A stretch of 64,000 nt of DNA from Mobula hypostoma (Eukaryota), in assembly GCF_963921235.1 (NCBI RefSeq), contig NC_086097.1:222272001-222336000 (forward strand), in the 5' to 3' direction. The notes below the pieces were generated by a model. It was not told the DNA's origin. It saw only the letters and a list, made by a program, of their open reading frames with translations, and did not search any database. A program made the translations under genes and the position numbers. Below are positions 52,372 through 64,000 of this stretch, one piece after another (position 1 is the stretch's first letter; each line of letters opens with the position of its first letter).

Positions 52372-52915
52372 AACAACAGGAATTCTGCAGATGCTGGAAA
52401 TTCAAGCAACACACATCAAAGTTGCTGGTGAACGCAGCAGGCCGGGCAGCATCTGTAGGAAGAGGTGCAGTCGACGTTTCAGGCCGAGACCCTTCGGCAG
52501 GACTAACTGAAGGAAGAGTGAGTAAGGGATTTGAAAGTTGGAGGGGGAGGGGGAGATCCAAAATGATAGGAGAAGACAGGAAGGGGAGGGATAGAGCCAA
52601 GAGCTGGACAGGTGATAGGCAAAAGGGGATACGAGAGGATCATGGGACAAGAGGTCCGGGAAGAAAGACAAGGGGGGGGAACCCAGAGGATGGGCAAGAG
52701 GTATATTCAGAGGGACCGAGGGAGAAAAAGGAGAGTGAGAGAAAGAATGTGTGCATAAAAATAAGTAACAGATCGGGTACGAGGGGGAGGTGGGGCCTTA
52801 GCGGAAGTTAGAGAAGTCGATGTTCATGCCATCAGGTTGGAGGCTACCCAGACGGAACAACACCTTATATTCCGTCTGGGTGAACAACACCTTATATTCC
52901 GTCTGGGTAGCCTCC
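52372..52915 (-). mobile_element. Penelope-like element 3' end (ORF C-terminus, 3' UTR/pseudo-LTR) with inverted and duplicated 5' junction
   Basis: Minus strand reads FRLGSLQPDGMNIDF; inverted plus-strand EQHLIFRLG occurs twice (52855-52881, 52882-52908); pyrimidine-rich UTR; hammerhead motif. Confidence 0.8.
52469..52504 (-). ncRNA. Hammerhead ribozyme motif, core mutated (CUGCCGA)
   Basis: Minus strand AGTC-CTGCCGA-AGGGTCTCGGCCT-GAAAC-GTC-GACT; stem I AGTC/GACT intact. Confidence 0.7.
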
Positions 52916-53470
52916 TTTTAATTAACTTTTAGGGAATCATGCACAAGGACTCCCCAGTCCCTTTCACCTTAGTTTTTTGTATCTTCTCTCCATTTAGAAA
53001 ATAGTCACTCCTTTCATTTTTCTACCAAAGTGCATGACCACACACTTCCCAACACTGTGTTCCATCTGCCATTTCTTTGCCCATTCTTCTAATCTGTCTA
53101 AATCCTTCTGGAGCCTCTCTACTTCCTCAGAATACCTGCCACTCCACCTATCTCTTCATATTGTTTGCAAACTTTCCAACAAAGCCATCAATTCCATCAC
53201 CCAAATCATTAACACATAACGTAAATTGAATCGGTCCCAACGCAGACCCCTGTGGAACACTAGTAGTAACTGTCAGCCAGCGAGAATAGGCTACCTTTGT
53301 TGGCACTCCTTGCCTCCTGCCAATCAGCCACTGCTTTATCCATGTTAGAATCTTTTCTATAATACCATTGGCTCATTAAGCAACCTCACATGTGGCTTCT
53401 TATCAAAGGCCTTCTGAAAATCCAAGTACACAACATCAACTGATTCTTCTTTGTCTATCCTGTTTCTCCA
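52916..53470 (-). mobile_element. CR1 RT fragment
   Basis: Similar to ~43250-43790 (LDFQKAFD and GVPQG regions on the minus strand). Confidence 0.85.
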
Positions 53471-54253
53471 CACTTGTCTATCATTGCAATCCTGCATTCA
53501 CATTTATCACCTATGGTGCCTGTGTAATTTATTTTACTGAAGGCATTTAATCCTTGGATGTACCAGAAGACAGAGTGGTGAACAAATGGCGACCAGGTGG
53601 TAGAACCTAATGACCAGTGTATTTGTAAATACTGTCAAAAGTTTATTATGTTTGAAAAATTATTTACAGGAGCTGGTCATCAGCTTTAATTACCTTTCCC
53701 TGATCTAATTACCCTTGACAAGTGATGATGAGCTGTTGCCTTGAACCAATGGGCAAAGATAAGCTTACAAGGCTGCTGAGTAAGGAGTTCCAGCACCTGC
53801 ACCAATGACAATATATTTCCAATAGTATGTGGCCAAGTAAGTTGTGTTGTTCCCATGTGTTTGTTCTTATCTATCTTGATGGTAGAGTTTGCAGGTTTTG
53901 GAAGTGGTTCAAGGTAGCCTAGATAAGTAACTGTAATGTATTTCATATGTGATAATCTCTTAAACCACTCTATTGGAAATTTGTTTTGAAAGTATCTTCG
54001 CTTTACAGAACCTTTTTGCATGTGTCTAAGACTTTTACACAGCACGGTATGTGGCTGGTTCAGATGAGTTTCTGTTCAATTGCATATTGACAGTTGGAGA
54101 TAAACCATTGAATAACAAGGGAAGATGATAGGATTGATATTGGTGATAATTGTTATCGATATTTTCATAGTATGAATATTACTTGCCAACTTTCAGCCCA
54201 TGCCTGAATGTTGTCTAGGTCTTGTTGAACACAGGCAGTTTCATTTGCTAAGG

Positions 54254-54443
54254 CACGCAACATGCTGGAGGAACTCAGCAGGTTGGGCAGCATCAGTGGA
54301 AATGATCAGTCAACATTTCGGGCTGGAACCCTCCGGCCCGAAACGTTGACTGATCATTTCCATGGATGCTGCCCGACCTGCTGAGTTCCTCCAGCATGTT
54401 GTGAGTATTGCTTTGACCCCAGCATCTGCAGAGTATTTTGTGT
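54254..54443. mobile_element. Fold-back mini Penelope-like insert (second subfamily)
   Basis: 15-bp TSD TTTCATTTGCTAAGG (54239-54253 and 54444-54458); ~70-bp inverted arms meeting at ~54331. Confidence 0.85.
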
Positions 54444-56149
54444 TTTCATTTGCTAAGGAATAGAACATGGAATTGAAAATAGTACAATCATCAGCAAATA
54501 GCCCCACTTCTGACATTCTGGGAAAAAAAGAAGGTAATCGATTAAGTTGGGAGAGGTGTGACTCCAAACCAATGGAGTATTTTACTTTTCTTATCTCTAG
54601 ATTTCATCTCACCAGGATATTTTAATGTTATACTTGGTTAAATGCTGTCTTGACGTAAAAGGCAATCATTCTCACCTCGTAACTGAATTTAGTTTTGTGG
54701 TCCATGTTTGGAGCCACTGTAATTGGTCCCGTCAAAGTCCAAACTGGTGATTGGTGAGTAGTTTGTAGGAGAGAGTATAAATATTATTTAATAGCATTGT
54801 CTATAACAGCTTCCATCACTGTGGTTGAAAGCAGACTGACTGGGCAGTAAATATCTGGGTTAGATTTGCCCTGCTTTTTGTGAACAAGACATGGCCAGAC
54901 AATTTTCTGTTTGGCTAGGTAGATGCCAAGTTTTTAACAACAGAGCTTTGATCTGGTTCATTGATGTGAGATTGTTCAATTCTGTTTATTACAAATTAAT
55001 TTTGTATTTCTAACATTCACTTAACTGAAATATGCCTTTTGACTGTGTGTTTTACATCCTGTGTTTTTGCTCATTTTTTTTGTTGGCGTTTGCGCATTTT
55101 TTTTGCACATGGTGGGGGGGGTGTTAATTTATTTTTCTTTGAACGAGTTCCATTGTTCTTCTTTGTTTTGTGACTGTCTATGGAGAAGATGAATCTCAGA
55201 GTTGTATATTGTATACTGCATACATTGATAATAAATATACTATGAATCCTTTGAATTTAAGCTTCATTAGGCTTTCACCTCAAAATTTTTAGGTATGAAT
55301 AGTATTACTTCTGACACAGATGTATTGAATACCAAAGACAGAGCAGAGCAGAGAATGTGACGCATTGAATTGCCATTATGTACATTGAAGTTTGATCCAG
55401 CCCATTATGAATTTCTCAGTGTTAAATTCCACATTCTTGATAATGGATTCCAGTGTCATATTGACAGTTGATTTGGTTAATTGGTCTATAACTCTCGAAT
55501 TTCTCTCCCACATACAAGCAAAGTTAGGTTATTTAGCACCTCATCTGTGTTATCGTTCAATGTTAGTGCCACCTTCTTGCACTACCATATAATCCTTGAT
55601 TCCTTTAATGTGTACAGGTATGTTGATATTCTAATGATTACAGGCCGGGCCTACTTAATCTCTCATTATTTAATAAACTCATTATCCCTGCAATCTGAAG
55701 GACTTCATTCTACTTCCTCTATCATACATATTCTTTCTTAAGTAGGAAATCCGGTCTGGGGTACAATATTGCTGCTGTCGCACAGGGACTCTACATAATA
55801 AGAACAAGATCTCTTTACCCTCATGCTTAGATCATCATGGAATAAAGGCCATTATACTGTTTGCCTTCCTAGTTGCTTACTTCATCTGCATGCTAACGTT
55901 CAATGATTTATGTACAAGGAACATTGAGGTCTCTCCCTATATTTGAAAGATACATTGTATTCTTTTTTGCCGAAGTGGATGAGCTCATATTTTCCCATAT
56001 AATATTCCACCTTCCGTGCCCTTCATATTCTCAGCAAACTAACATCCCCCAGTCTTTCTCCATGTTTATGAAAAAATGTTTCTACTTGTTTAATATTCTA
56101 ATTTCATTTTATATTTTAATCACTGGCCAACTTCTTGACCTCCACTCCT

Positions 56150-58997
56150 GTACATATAGGTAATGGTAAAAGACAGTCCGTTGCCTGGTAATTTCGAAAT
56201 CGTAAAGGATGAATACAGGACTACAGGTGTTGTGTTTGAATATGTGCAGTATACGGAATACGATAGATGAATTTGCAGCACAGTTACAGATTGGCAGGTA
56301 TGATATTGCAAGCGTCGCTGAATCGTGGCTGAAAGATTATAGCTGGGTCCTTAATGTCCAGGGATACACACTGTATCAAAAGGTTAGGCAGGAAAGCAAA
56401 GGTATTGCATTGCTCTGTTGGTAAGAAATGAAATCAAATCTTTAGAAAGAGGTGACATAAGATTGGAAGGTGTTTCATCATTGTGGATAGAGGTAAGGAA
56501 CTGCAAGAGTAAAAAGACCCTGATGGTAGTTGTATACAGACCCCCAAACAGTAGTAAAGATGTGGCCTACAAATTACAAGGGAAGATAGAAGATGCATGC
56601 CAAAAGGTTACAATAGTCATGAGCAAATTCACCTTGAAATTTGAGAAGGAGAAGCTAAAATCAGATGTACCAGTATTACAGTGGAGTAAAGGGAATTACA
56701 GAGACATGAGAGAGAAATTGACCAGAATTGATTGGAAAATAACACTGGCAGGGATAACGGCAAAGCAATAATGGCTGGAATTTCTGGAAGCAATTCGGAA
56801 GGCACAAGATATATACATCGCAAAGAGAAAGAAGTATTCTAAAGGAAAGATGATACAACCGTGGTTAACAAGGGAAGTCAAAACCAACATAAAAACGAAA
56901 GAGAGGGCATATAATAGAGCAGAAATTAGTACGATGTTAGAGGATTGGGAAGCATTTAAAAACAAAAGAAGGCAACTAACAAGTCATTAAGAAGGTAAAG
57001 ATGAAATATAAAAGTAAGCTAGCCTATAATGTTAAAGAGGATACCAAAAGTTTTTTCAGAAGCATAATGTGTGAAAGAGAGGGAAGTGTTGATATTGGAC
57101 CATTGGAAAGTGATGCTGGATATGTAGTAATGGTGGACAACAAAATGGTGGACAAACAATAAATATTTTGCATCAGTCTTCACTGTGGAAAACACTAGCA
57201 ATTTGGTGGAAGTTCCAGCTGTCAGAGGTCATGATGTGTGAAGTTACCATAAATAGAGAGAAGATCCTTGAGGAACTGAAATGTCTGAGGTAGGTAAATC
57301 ACCTTGATTCGATGGTGTATACCCCAGAGTTCTGAAAGAGGTGGCTGAAGAGATCGTGGAAGTAGTAGTAATGATCTTTCAAGAATCACTAGATTCTGGA
57401 ATGGTTTCAGGAGACTGGAAAGTTGCAAATGTTACTCCACTCTTCAAGAAGGGAGAGAGGCAGAAGAAAGGAAACTATAGGCCAGTTAGTCTGACCTCAG
57501 TGGTTGAGAAGATGTTGGAGTCAATTATTAAGGATGAGAGCTCAGGGTACTTGGAGGCACATAATAAATTAGGCCATAGTCAGCACCGATTCCTTAAGGG
57601 AATATCTTGCTGACAAATCTGTTGGAATTCTTTGAAGAAATAACAAGCAGGATAGACAAAGGAGATTCACTTGATGTTTGTACTTGGGTTTTAAAAAGGC
57701 CTTTGACTAGGTGCCACATATGAGGCTGGTTATCAAGCTATGAACCTATGGTATTACTGGAGAGATTCTAGCATGGATAAAGCAGTGGCTGATTGGCAGG
57801 GGGCAAAGGGTGGGAATAAAGTGAACCTTTTTAGGCAGCACACATCAAAGTTGCTGGTGAATGCAGGCCTCTTCCTAGAGATGCTGCCTGGCCTGCTGTG
57901 TTCACCAGCAACTTTGATGTGTGTTGCTCGAATTTCCAGCATCTGCAGAATTCCTCGTGTTTGCCTTTTTAGGCAGGCTGCTGGTGACTAGTGGTTTTCC
58001 AAAGGTGTCTGTGTTGGGTCTGATTTTTTTACATTATATGTCAATGATTTGGATGATGTAATTGATGGCTTTATTGCAAAGTTTGAGAATGATATGAAGA
58101 TGGGTGGAGGGGCAGGTAATTTTGAGGAAGTAGGGAGGCTATAGAAGGACTTAGATGGTTTAGGAGAATAAGCAAAGAAATCGCAGATGGAATACAGTGT
58201 TGGAAAGTGTATGGTCATCCACTTTGGTAGATGAAATGAAAGGGTTGACTATTTTCTAAACGGAGAGAAAATACAAAAAAACTGAGGTATAAAGGGACCT
58301 GGAAACCCTTGTGTAAGGTTCCCTAAAGGTTAGTTTGCAGTAGTCTATGATGAGGAAGGCAAATGCAATGTTAGCATTCTTTTCAAGAGTACTAGAATAT
58401 AAAAGCAAGTATGTAATGTTGAGACTTTATAAGGCACTGGTGAGGCCTAACTTGGAGTACTGTGTGCAGTGTTTGCCTCCTTATCTTAGAAAGGATGTGC
58501 TGAAACTGGAGAGTCATAAAGATGATTCCAGGATTGAATGGCTTGTCATATGAAGAGTGCTAGATGGCTCTGGGCCTGTAATTCACTAGAATTCGGAAGA
58601 ATGAGTGGCGGCTTCATTGAAACCTATCGAATGGTGAAAGGACTTGATAGAGTGGATGTGGAGAGGATGTTTCTTATGGTGGGAGAGTCTTAAGACCAGA
58701 GGACACAGCCTCAGAATAGAGGGGTGTCTTTCAGAATGGAGATAAGGAATTTCTTTAGCCAGAGAATGGTGAATCTTTGGAATTCTTTGCCACAGGCAGC
58801 TGTGGAGGCCAAGCCTTTATGTATATTTAAGGCAGAGGTTGACAGATTCTTGATTGGTCAGGGCATGAAGGGATACGGGGAGAAGGCAGGAGATATGGGC
58901 TGAGAGGAAAATTGGATCAGGCATGATGAAATGGCAGAGCAGACTTGACGGGCCAACTGGCCTAATTCTGTTCCTATATCTTATGGTCTTATGGTCT
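56150..58997 (+). mobile_element. CR1 LINE, near-complete disrupted ORF2 (same subfamily as copy A)
   Basis: CLNMCSIRN, AESWL, YRPPN, WKVANVTPLFKKG, LVRPNLEYC; (CTTATGGT)n tail at ~58980-58997. Confidence 0.92.
57839..57963. mobile_element. Fold-back mini Penelope-like insert within a CR1
   Basis: 13-bp TSD CCTTTTTAGGCAG (57826-57838 and 57964-57976); inverted arms cacacatcaaagttgctggtgaa and ttcaccagcaactttgatgtgtg. Confidence 0.85.
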
Positions 58998-60174
58998 AAT
59001 TTTGCTGTATTGCCATTAGATGCAACTTTTTTGGTTTTGCTATGACTGTCACACCTTTTCCATGTCTTTTTTTTAACCTTTTGATCTGTATTCAATGTAT
59101 TAATGAATTTATGTAGTTTGATTATTTGCATATTTGCCTCCTAGATGAATTTGGAGTGAAAATACACTTCAGAAAATTGACAGCATAAGAATCAATTCAG
59201 ATAATCTAATACAAAATGGATGTCTGGTGTTGTGGGTACAGGATGTGAAAGTTCCAACTTATGATTTTAAAGAAAAGGGCATTATCCCCATTGTTTGAGG
59301 AATCCACACAACATGATTGATGCTTAATAAATAAGAGTCCTTTTCTGTTATGCTCTGTTTTTTCTTGAAGCTTTTGCCATTTGGTGGTGCTCTACAGTCC
59401 TATATTCCATAGTTGATTTTCCAACAACTCCTCAAAATTTCCTTTACCTATCTCAATGTTTCTATTCGCCATGGGAAATGCTACTCTCTATTTTTGAGGT
59501 ATAAACAGGTAAATAATAAGGGCAGGCGATGGGTAGGCCTCAGAGAAAATTCAACCATTCAGGTGCCCAAAAGACTTGCTTTGCTGTAGATATTTCTCTT
59601 TTGATTCAGTAGTTCTATTACAGTTTGAACTTGGCTGGATTTAGTTGGTTTGTTCGTGATCAAACTGATTGCACAGAATAGCTGCCCTTTTTTTGTATTT
59701 TATTTCATAGGTCTAAGATTTACTTCAATCTGAATGTCTGAACATTCAGTTCAGGACAACTAACTACAGCCAGCAGGATTCAGCCCTTTAATGTTTCTCA
59801 GTATGTATTCACCGACACTCTTAAGTGACTCTTGCAGTAGCATTGTTTTGCTGTATAAGAAAAAACAAATTCATGTTTCACAATTTTAAAAAACTGTTCT
59901 TTTGACACATCCTTTACTTATGTTGTAATCACAATTGAGTATAGTGTGATCGATGACCCTCTATTACTCCTCAGCTGACAATTCTTCACATGTCAATCTA
60001 ACCTATGCACAAAAGTATCAACTTCAGTGGAATTGTTAGATCAGCTGCACACTAAATGCTCCGCCAATTTTCCTTTCCGTTACCAAATTGAAATTTTTAT
60101 AAATACTAAAAACCTTTTTTTCTGGCTACAGAGGGTATCATAGGTAAAACTGGACCCTCAATATTTCAGAAAGA

Positions 60175-61376
60175 CCTTCCAATATCTTTCAAGGCTTGGA
60201 CATGTCCAAAACGTGTGAATTAATGAAGCTTCTCCATTATTACATCATCACAGAAAGGAGATAAATCCGAATAAAAATGAGATAGTTTACTTTTAGACAT
60301 GTGAGCCCGATGAACCACTTTAAATTGTAAGAGGGAATGACAGGCACCTAACGATGAAGTGTTCACCAATTTAAAAATTTCATTCCAAGTTTCCTCAGAG
60401 ATTGAAGTCTGTAAATCTTGTTCCCAAAGATTTTTAATTTTGTTCCAGGAACATTTCTCATTCCTAACAGCATACCATAAATATTGGAAACTGAACCATT
60501 ATAAAAAGGTTTCAAATTAAAAATTGCATCTAATAAGTCCTTATCGGAACTTATAGGAAATGTATATAATTGAGAGCACAAAAAGTCTCTAATTTGTAAA
60601 TAACAAAAAAAGTGAGTTTTGGGTAAACTATATTTAACTGACAATTGCTCAAAGGAAAGAAGACTTACTTCACAAACAAATCCTGGAAGCATTTAATACC
60701 AATCTATCCCATTCTTTAAAAACTGAATCAGTCATCAAAGGTTTAAAAAAATAGTTAGAACAAATGGGACTAGACAAAGAAAATCTTAATAAACCAAAGA
60801 ATTTCCTAAATTGTACCCTGATCCTCAAAGTATGTCTAACTACCAAATTTTCTGTCAGTTTGCTAAAAGATAAAGGAAGCGAGGATATGAGAAGAGAAAT
60901 AATAGAAAATTTATCAACAAGAGTTAGCTTCTAAAGAAACCCATATCGGACAGTCCTCACGGTTAATATAATATGTCCAAAACGTAAGATTTCTCAGTAC
61001 TTTTCAATGTAAATTTTAAGCCTAACCCTTTGACCACACTATTTGGTATTGTTGGAGGAAAAGACTTCATTTTGGAGCCACCTGATTTGCATATTTTGGC
61101 TTTTATTTCTCTTATAGCTAGGTGGGCTTTTTTGCTTAAATGGAAGGATGCTACTCCGCCTACTCATGCTCAATGGGTACGTGATGCTATGTCATGCTTA
61201 AATTTAGAGAAGATCCATTGTTCAGTTTTTGAATCTAGCCAAGACTTTTATACATTGTGGGGACCATTTTTGAGTTATTTTCAAAGTTTTTTTTTTCTTT
61301 TGACTTATAATATATAGCTTCTTGTACTTTGTATTCTTCCAAGCAGGAACTAATAAAAATATTGATAAAGAAAAGG
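60175..61376. mobile_element. L1 with 5' inversion (~60175-60990 minus, ~60991-61376 plus)
   Basis: Minus ORF 60363-60692 (HFFCYLQIRDF) and plus ORF 61030-61317 both belong to the family at 24890; flanks AATATTTCA(GA)AAGACC at 60160-60176 and 61377-61391. Confidence 0.82.
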
Positions 61377-63854
61377 AATATTTCAAAGACCAACAGTGAT
61401 TGCAACCTTCTGCAATATCTTGATGAAATCTTTTTTTTTCCCGTATTGTCAGCAATATTGTTTAAATCCAGAGCTGTGCATTTAAAACAAAAGTTTATTG
61501 TATCATAAAAATAATTATATTGAAAACATGAAACTCTTTCAGCCTTGGCTTAGAGCCACCTAGCAAAAATTTAACTGGGCAATATTATATCCTTCTAAAT
61601 TAATATTATTAAGAAAATAGCTCTATATGTTATTAGATTAGTTAGAATTCTCATATGTTAGCAGTTAAAATAGTATTTCTAATTCCCTGAAAATCCATTT
61701 GCAAAAGAGCGTAGCTGTAACTTCATAGTATCCGCAAACCAGAAAATACTTTGACTCCTTTTGTCTTTTGCTCATTGCTTCAGGACAACTACATTAGGTT
61801 GCGTGATGAAAATGTTTGCTGTATCACAAATTCTGAAGTAGATCCACATTGTGAAGTGATGTTAGCTTTAAGCATTTGGTACTTACTACAGAATATGTTC
61901 AAATGACAACCTTTATCAACATAGAATTGAATTTTGAGGTAGAGCTTACAAGAGAAATTTCCTATCCCTTACCATATTTTAGCATAAGTGAAATTTGTGA
62001 AAGATCTGATAAGACTGTGCAAATGGGTTTTAAAGAAATTAAGAGAAATAATTTGAACTAATTATAAACTTAAGAACGACATATCAAGGGCCAAGATAAA
62101 TATAGTATTTAATTCTACGTTGCATGAGGGATTTCTCAGGTGTAGTTTTTCCTAATTTCACGTCCACCTTACTGTATGACCTTTTTGTATGTTATAGCTG
62201 TTCACAATTGTTTGCCATCTTGTGTCCAAAGATACTCTTGTAGTAATTATTTTCAAATAATATGGTAATTTAAGGTGAAATAAGAGAACCTTTCTCCATT
62301 CACTTTGAAGCACACTCATTCATTCATTTGGTGACTATAACTTGTCAGGTGTCTCACACCAGCACACCTCTACATTTCTGGTACTGTATTACTGATTTTG
62401 TAAATTATATTTAAAGCAACAAAGAAGCGAAATTAAATCTAAAGCTGAAAAGCTGCTTTAAAGAATCTAAGTAAAGAAGATAGGAAAATAGGGAAATAAA
62501 CCAGATGAGAATAACTAAATTAATATGGGTTAAAATGAAAAAAAAGATGGTAGATTGCATAGAAAGAGTACTTATGTTTAGTATCTGACTTTTGAGAATG
62601 TAATAAAGTTAATGGTCCAGTAATATTCAATTTTCTACCATGGTTAGAAGGAATCTGCTAAGTTGAAAAATAACATATGATAGAGTTTGTCTTTGAGATG
62701 TATTTTCTGGTACAAGAACGTTTGTATTAAATACATACAAAAGTAACCTTAAGAATCTGAAGCAAAAGTCACATGTCAGCCTTTCATTTTCAATGCACTA
62801 AAACAATATGGAGTAGGTAGGGTATAACTTTGCCACACTGCAAGAACTGTGTAATCTGCCTGAATGAAAATTTCTGTAGATTTATATCACAGGTCCTCCC
62901 AGATTAAAGTACAGTTCCGTTCCTGAGAACTGTTCCTGTTCATAACCCAGAAACACCAATTTCCCACATGGCTGAAGTTGCTCACCAGCAGCTGGCAAGT
63001 CTATTCCGCTGTTCTCTCAAATGCTTGTTTTTATGTATGGCTATACATAAGTCTGACATTGTAAGCAGGGGAGGACATGTATTCAGAAAGCATGAATTCA
63101 TTATTATAAACAATTGTCTGACATTGACGGACTTTAATTATATACAATCCAATGGTATCAACATTTATTCAGAACTTAAATGTATACAATACCAAATGTA
63201 TATACAGACGTTTGTATAATTGATGACAAAGTGATTTTATGTATTGATCAAGTTTCAACACAGAATATATTTTCCTCTTAGTTGCCATTTTTAAAGGAAA
63301 ATACATTATATGCAATCAATAACATCTTGAAATATGTAATCCAGTAGAGAATTGGAAACTATTCTGAAGTGGAAAATGTGGTCTTGGAAAGGAAGATGGC
63401 TAATAAACTAGTTTCTCCTGGACAATCATTGTGATGGTTTCTTAAACTTCCTGGTGAAACTATTAAGCATTTTTCAACTAAATGAGTTTCATGCTCAGAA
63501 GTCAATCAGATTGATGAGTGCAACTTCTATTTGACTGGATAGCACTCTGATGGAGACTGAGAGACATGGAAGTCAGAATCCTAATCCAAATTCAATTCCA
63601 GGAGGGATTTTTGTATGATATAATGAGGTGATATCTGATGATAGGGAGATTGAAGGGAGGTGTAGATTGTAGGTGTCATGATTCACCTGGCCCACAAGTG
63701 GTGATATTAAGACACTAATGCTATTGTCACATCATTCATCTCTCAGGTTGTCCAGTGCCTGGGAAATGCAGCCACTCATGCTAAAATATGCAAGATCAAG
63801 GTTATTTGTGGCAGGCTGATCCAAATATTTAAGATGCGTAGGATTCATACAATA

Positions 63855-64000
63855 CACACAAAATGCTGGTGGAACGCAGGAGGCCAGGCAGCATCTATAG
63901 GAAGAGGTACAGTTGACGTTTCAGGCCGAGACCTTTTGTCAGGACTAACTGAAAGAAGAGATAGTAAGAGATTTGAGAGGGCGAGGGATGGTGCTAAGAG
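63855..64000 (-). mobile_element. Penelope-like 3' end with decayed hammerhead motif (63911-63946), runs off window
   Basis: Similar to 52410-52550; minus strand AGTC-CTGACAA-AAGGTCTCGGCCT-GAAAC-GTC-AACT. Confidence 0.8.

Noticed and set aside
54254..54402. Pre-miRNA or MITE hairpin
   Set aside because: Arms are Penelope-type terminal sequence, one arm has an extra tail, and the 15-bp TSD fits retrotransposition.
59685..59830. Possible extra exon after a strong-looking acceptor (tttttttgtattttatttcatAG)
   Set aside because: Does not encode the expected Kv2 S1 continuation, contains stops, and has no convincing donor.

Overview
Vertebrate genomic DNA, very probably from a cartilaginous fish (shark or ray). 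This is inferred from the repeat make-up: dense CR1 LINEs, Rex1/Babar fragments, V-SINE-like and Penelope-like elements. The only host gene I can support is the first coding exon of the potassium channel KCNB2/Kv2.2 (48506-49084, +). It sits behind a CpG island and is followed by a long intron that runs off the window. Most of the rest is nested transposable elements. Main points: (1) a three-level nest CR1 > CR1 > L1, in which the L1 has an uninterrupted 1262-aa ORF2, a 16-bp TSD and His in place of the catalytic Asp at codon 205; (2) a ~1.57-kb, 32-bp minisatellite grown from the CR1 RT motif GVPQGSVLGP, with higher-order repeats; (3) five Penelope-type pieces, three carrying minimal type I hammerhead ribozyme motifs and three forming tiny inverted inserts with 13-15-bp TSDs and junctions in or beside the ribozyme; (4) an L1 with twin-priming 5'-inversion geometry; (5) nested DNA transposons. 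I found no clearly new biological system. All family names come from motif recognition only, with no database search, and element boundaries without TSDs are approximate.
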